From a virus (lineage: Duplodnaviria > Caudoviricetes), in IMG/VR virus record IMGVR_UViG_3300030101_003030, positions 1-56,598 of that record: a stretch of DNA of 56,598 nucleotides. One strand, written 5' to 3'. The stretch's first letter is position 1. Every line of letters starts with the position of its first letter. A model generated the notes under the pieces. It searched no databases and was not told the origin of the DNA. It worked only from the letters and a program-made list of their open reading frames with translations. Positions 54,873-56,598 of this stretch are shown here, piece by piece. The translations under genes and the position numbers were made by a program.

Positions 54873-56098
54873 ATAAATTGTTTTTTAAAATGGTTAAGTG
54901 TATAATCTTTCTTCTTGGTTACTGTTTTATATATCTGCTTTTCAATGCCACCTTTAGCAAAGATCCAATACACATCGTTATGTAACCTGTCTTTAGTGGT
55001 CATCCTATCTCTACTCTGCCAATAAGACGTAGCACTAAAGTCAATGTTATAATACACAAGTGCTGATGCCTGTCGCAATGACAGTCCCTCCCTACCACTA
55101 ACAATCTGCAGGGCTATTGACTTGTCAGTAGATTCAAACTCACCAAGCTCAGTGGTAAGCTCATCACCAAACACATCCTTCATTGCCTTGAGTTCTGCTG
55201 TAAACTTGTAGAAGATTCCAATCTTCTTACCCTTGAAATGTTTCTTAATAAACTCAGCCTTACTGTAGTCCATCACCATAGAACTGCCTGACTCAAACTT
55301 AACTGTGCCTGAGAACATCTGATGTAACTTCATCATTAACTTTACAGGTGTGTCAGCAAGTATGGTTTCTTTCTTTCCCTCGATCACCAAGTCTTTCTGC
55401 AACCTCTTGGTCATATCATAAGTATATGGTTTCATCTCCACCTCTAATACTTTCTCTGTAGTCTTGACCTTAAATCCTGCGTTCTCCTGCGTGAAACGGA
55501 TGGTGTATGGTGTCATCATATCTATAATCTTTTTAAGTCCCTTAGAATAGTCGTTAATGAACATTCCGTTGATTTTTTTCTGTGTTACTTTCACATACTC
55601 ATGAGCAAACTTATAAAAGTTTGTGCAATGCTTGAAAGGATTGTTAGGAATACCATACACCTGATGGTACATCTGTGAGTAAGACTCAGGTGTAGGTGTT
55701 CCCGACATCAATATAACTTTGCTATTACATTTTTGTATCAAATCTTTTACTGACTTCGCTCTCTTGTTTGGCTTGGCAAATGCACCAAGACTATGTGCCT
55801 CATCACATATGATCACGTCCCACTTAACATCAGGTAACTTATGCATACTTTCATAGTTAATTGTAAACAATATATAATTAGTAGGGCATAACATATCAAA
55901 ATCCTTAGTGATTGAGCTGATTGCCTTCTTCTTAGTCAAGAAGAGTACGTGTTCAACATTAAGTTTCTCACATATACCAAGACTTGTTAGTGTCTTTCCG
56001 GTCCTAACTTCCATAGCAAGATATAAGAAGTCGTGTGCTTCTATTATAGATGTTCCTAGTTCTATAATAGATAACTGATAATCTCTGTATTCTATCAT
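54869..56098 (-). CDS. SNF2-like superfamily 2 helicase (start revised to 56098)
   Basis: RDYQ, MEVRTGKT, DEAH, SGTP, GREGLSL, QSRDR. Confidence 0.9.
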   Translation of the reverse strand: MIEYRDYQLSIIELGTSIIEAHDFLYLAMEVRTGKTLTSLGICEKLNVEHVLFLTKKKAISSITKDFDMLCPTNYILFTINYESMHKLPDVKWDVIICDEAHSLGAFAKPNKRAKSVKDLIQKCNSKVILMSGTPTPESYSQMYHQVYGIPNNPFKHCTNFYKFAHEYVKVTQKKINGMFINDYSKGLKKIIDMMTPYTIRFTQENAGFKVKTTEKVLEVEMKPYTYDMTKRLQKDLVIEGKKETILADTPVKLMMKLHQMFSGTVKFESGSSMVMDYSKAEFIKKHFKGKKIGIFYKFTAELKAMKDVFGDELTTELGEFESTDKSIALQIVSGREGLSLRQASALVYYNIDFSATSYWQSRDRMTTKDRLHNDVYWIFAKGGIEKQIYKTVTKKKDYTLNHFKKQFI

Positions 56099-56598
56099 AG
56101 CTTCAATGTTCCTGTTTCTTCTACGTCTTGTTTGCGTAAAAATATTATCCACTTACCATGCTTGTCTCTTCCGTCTTTTGGTTCAACGCCATGGTGGTAC
56201 TTTCCATAATCATTTAACCATCTATAAAATTCAGTACGTGAGATCTTCATATTACCTCTTGATGAATAGTCAGGGTAGTCCTCAATAAACTCCAAGTACA
56301 GATCCTGCTTATATGTTTTTACATTGGGCGTAAGTAATGTATTGAAAGGATAACCCTCAAGTAAACCACACCACTCCAAGAAGTCTTTACTTGTATCTCT
56401 TATGAGGTTTTTAAGATGAGCGTTAACTAATTCACTCTTAACAAAACCTTTTTCTAAGTAATACTGTAAACAACTTATCATGTAGTTATCAAAGATACAC
56501 CACTCATCATCATCCCAATCACCAAACATTAACTTCTTAAACTCATCAAGAGGGGTGAAATGTTTTGAGTAATACTGATGTAACTCAAGTTCCCACTT
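56095..56598 (-). CDS. Primase-helicase, 3' part (continuation of 1-1998)
   Basis: Same frame through the terminal repeat. Confidence 0.9.
   Translation of the reverse strand, partial: KWELELHQYYSKHFTPLDEFKKLMFGDWDDDEWCIFDNYMISCLQYYLEKGFVKSELVNAHLKNLIRDTSKDFLEWCGLLEGYPFNTLLTPNVKTYKQDLYLEFIEDYPDYSSRGNMKISRTEFYRWLNDYGKYHHGVEPKDGRDKHGKWIIFLRKQDVEETGTLKL
56515..56598. repeat. Terminal direct repeat, copy 2
   Basis: Identical to 1-84. Confidence 0.97.

Noticed and set aside
974-56288. Numerous antisense or alternate-frame ORFs in the track (e.g. 1598-1849, 10939-11346, 17910-18293, 45379-48903 set)
   Set aside because: Shadow ORFs of real genes with F/S/L-biased composition and no initiation motifs
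1-56598. Stop-codon reassignment, diversity-generating retroelement, introns/inteins, tRNAs
   Set aside because: Long genes are intact in code 11 and all three stops are used; no reverse transcriptase, TR/VR pair, splicing motifs or cloverleaf seen by eye

Overview
The window is an apparently complete ~56.5 kb dsDNA phage genome: bases 1-84 equal 56515-56598, and the primase-helicase gene reads through the join. The host is very likely a Bacteroidota (Flavobacteriia-like) bacterium, judging from many TAnnTTTG -7 promoter elements and A-rich, Shine-Dalgarno-less starts. It looks podovirus-like and lytic; no integrase, DNA polymerase, RNA polymerase, tRNA or CRISPR was seen. Two arms diverge at ~12.2 kb. 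The leftward arm carries ~30 tiny early genes, then Sak/RecE-like/SSB recombination genes, primase-helicase, SNF2-like helicase, nucleases and a phosphoesterase. The rightward arm carries GroEL/GroES, small basic proteins, lysis genes, a second tandem GroES-like gene, terminase, portal, scaffold, capsid, tail and three ejection-type proteins, the last of 3062 aa. The most notable observations are: (1) a 50-aa MPFKS... gene nested out of frame in the giant gene, which also carries an A9 run plus hairpin (possible recoding signal), a zincin motif and a KRQL-bracketed domain; (2) an early-gene array joined by two spatially segregated families of stop/start junction repeats, with three ECF-sigma-type promoters and two Fur/PerR-like palindromes; (3) two copies of an iteron/IHF origin-like element; (4) apparent genome-wide avoidance of CCAG/CTGG; (5) two different co-chaperonins. 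All calls come from reading the sequence and recalled family motifs; no searches were run.
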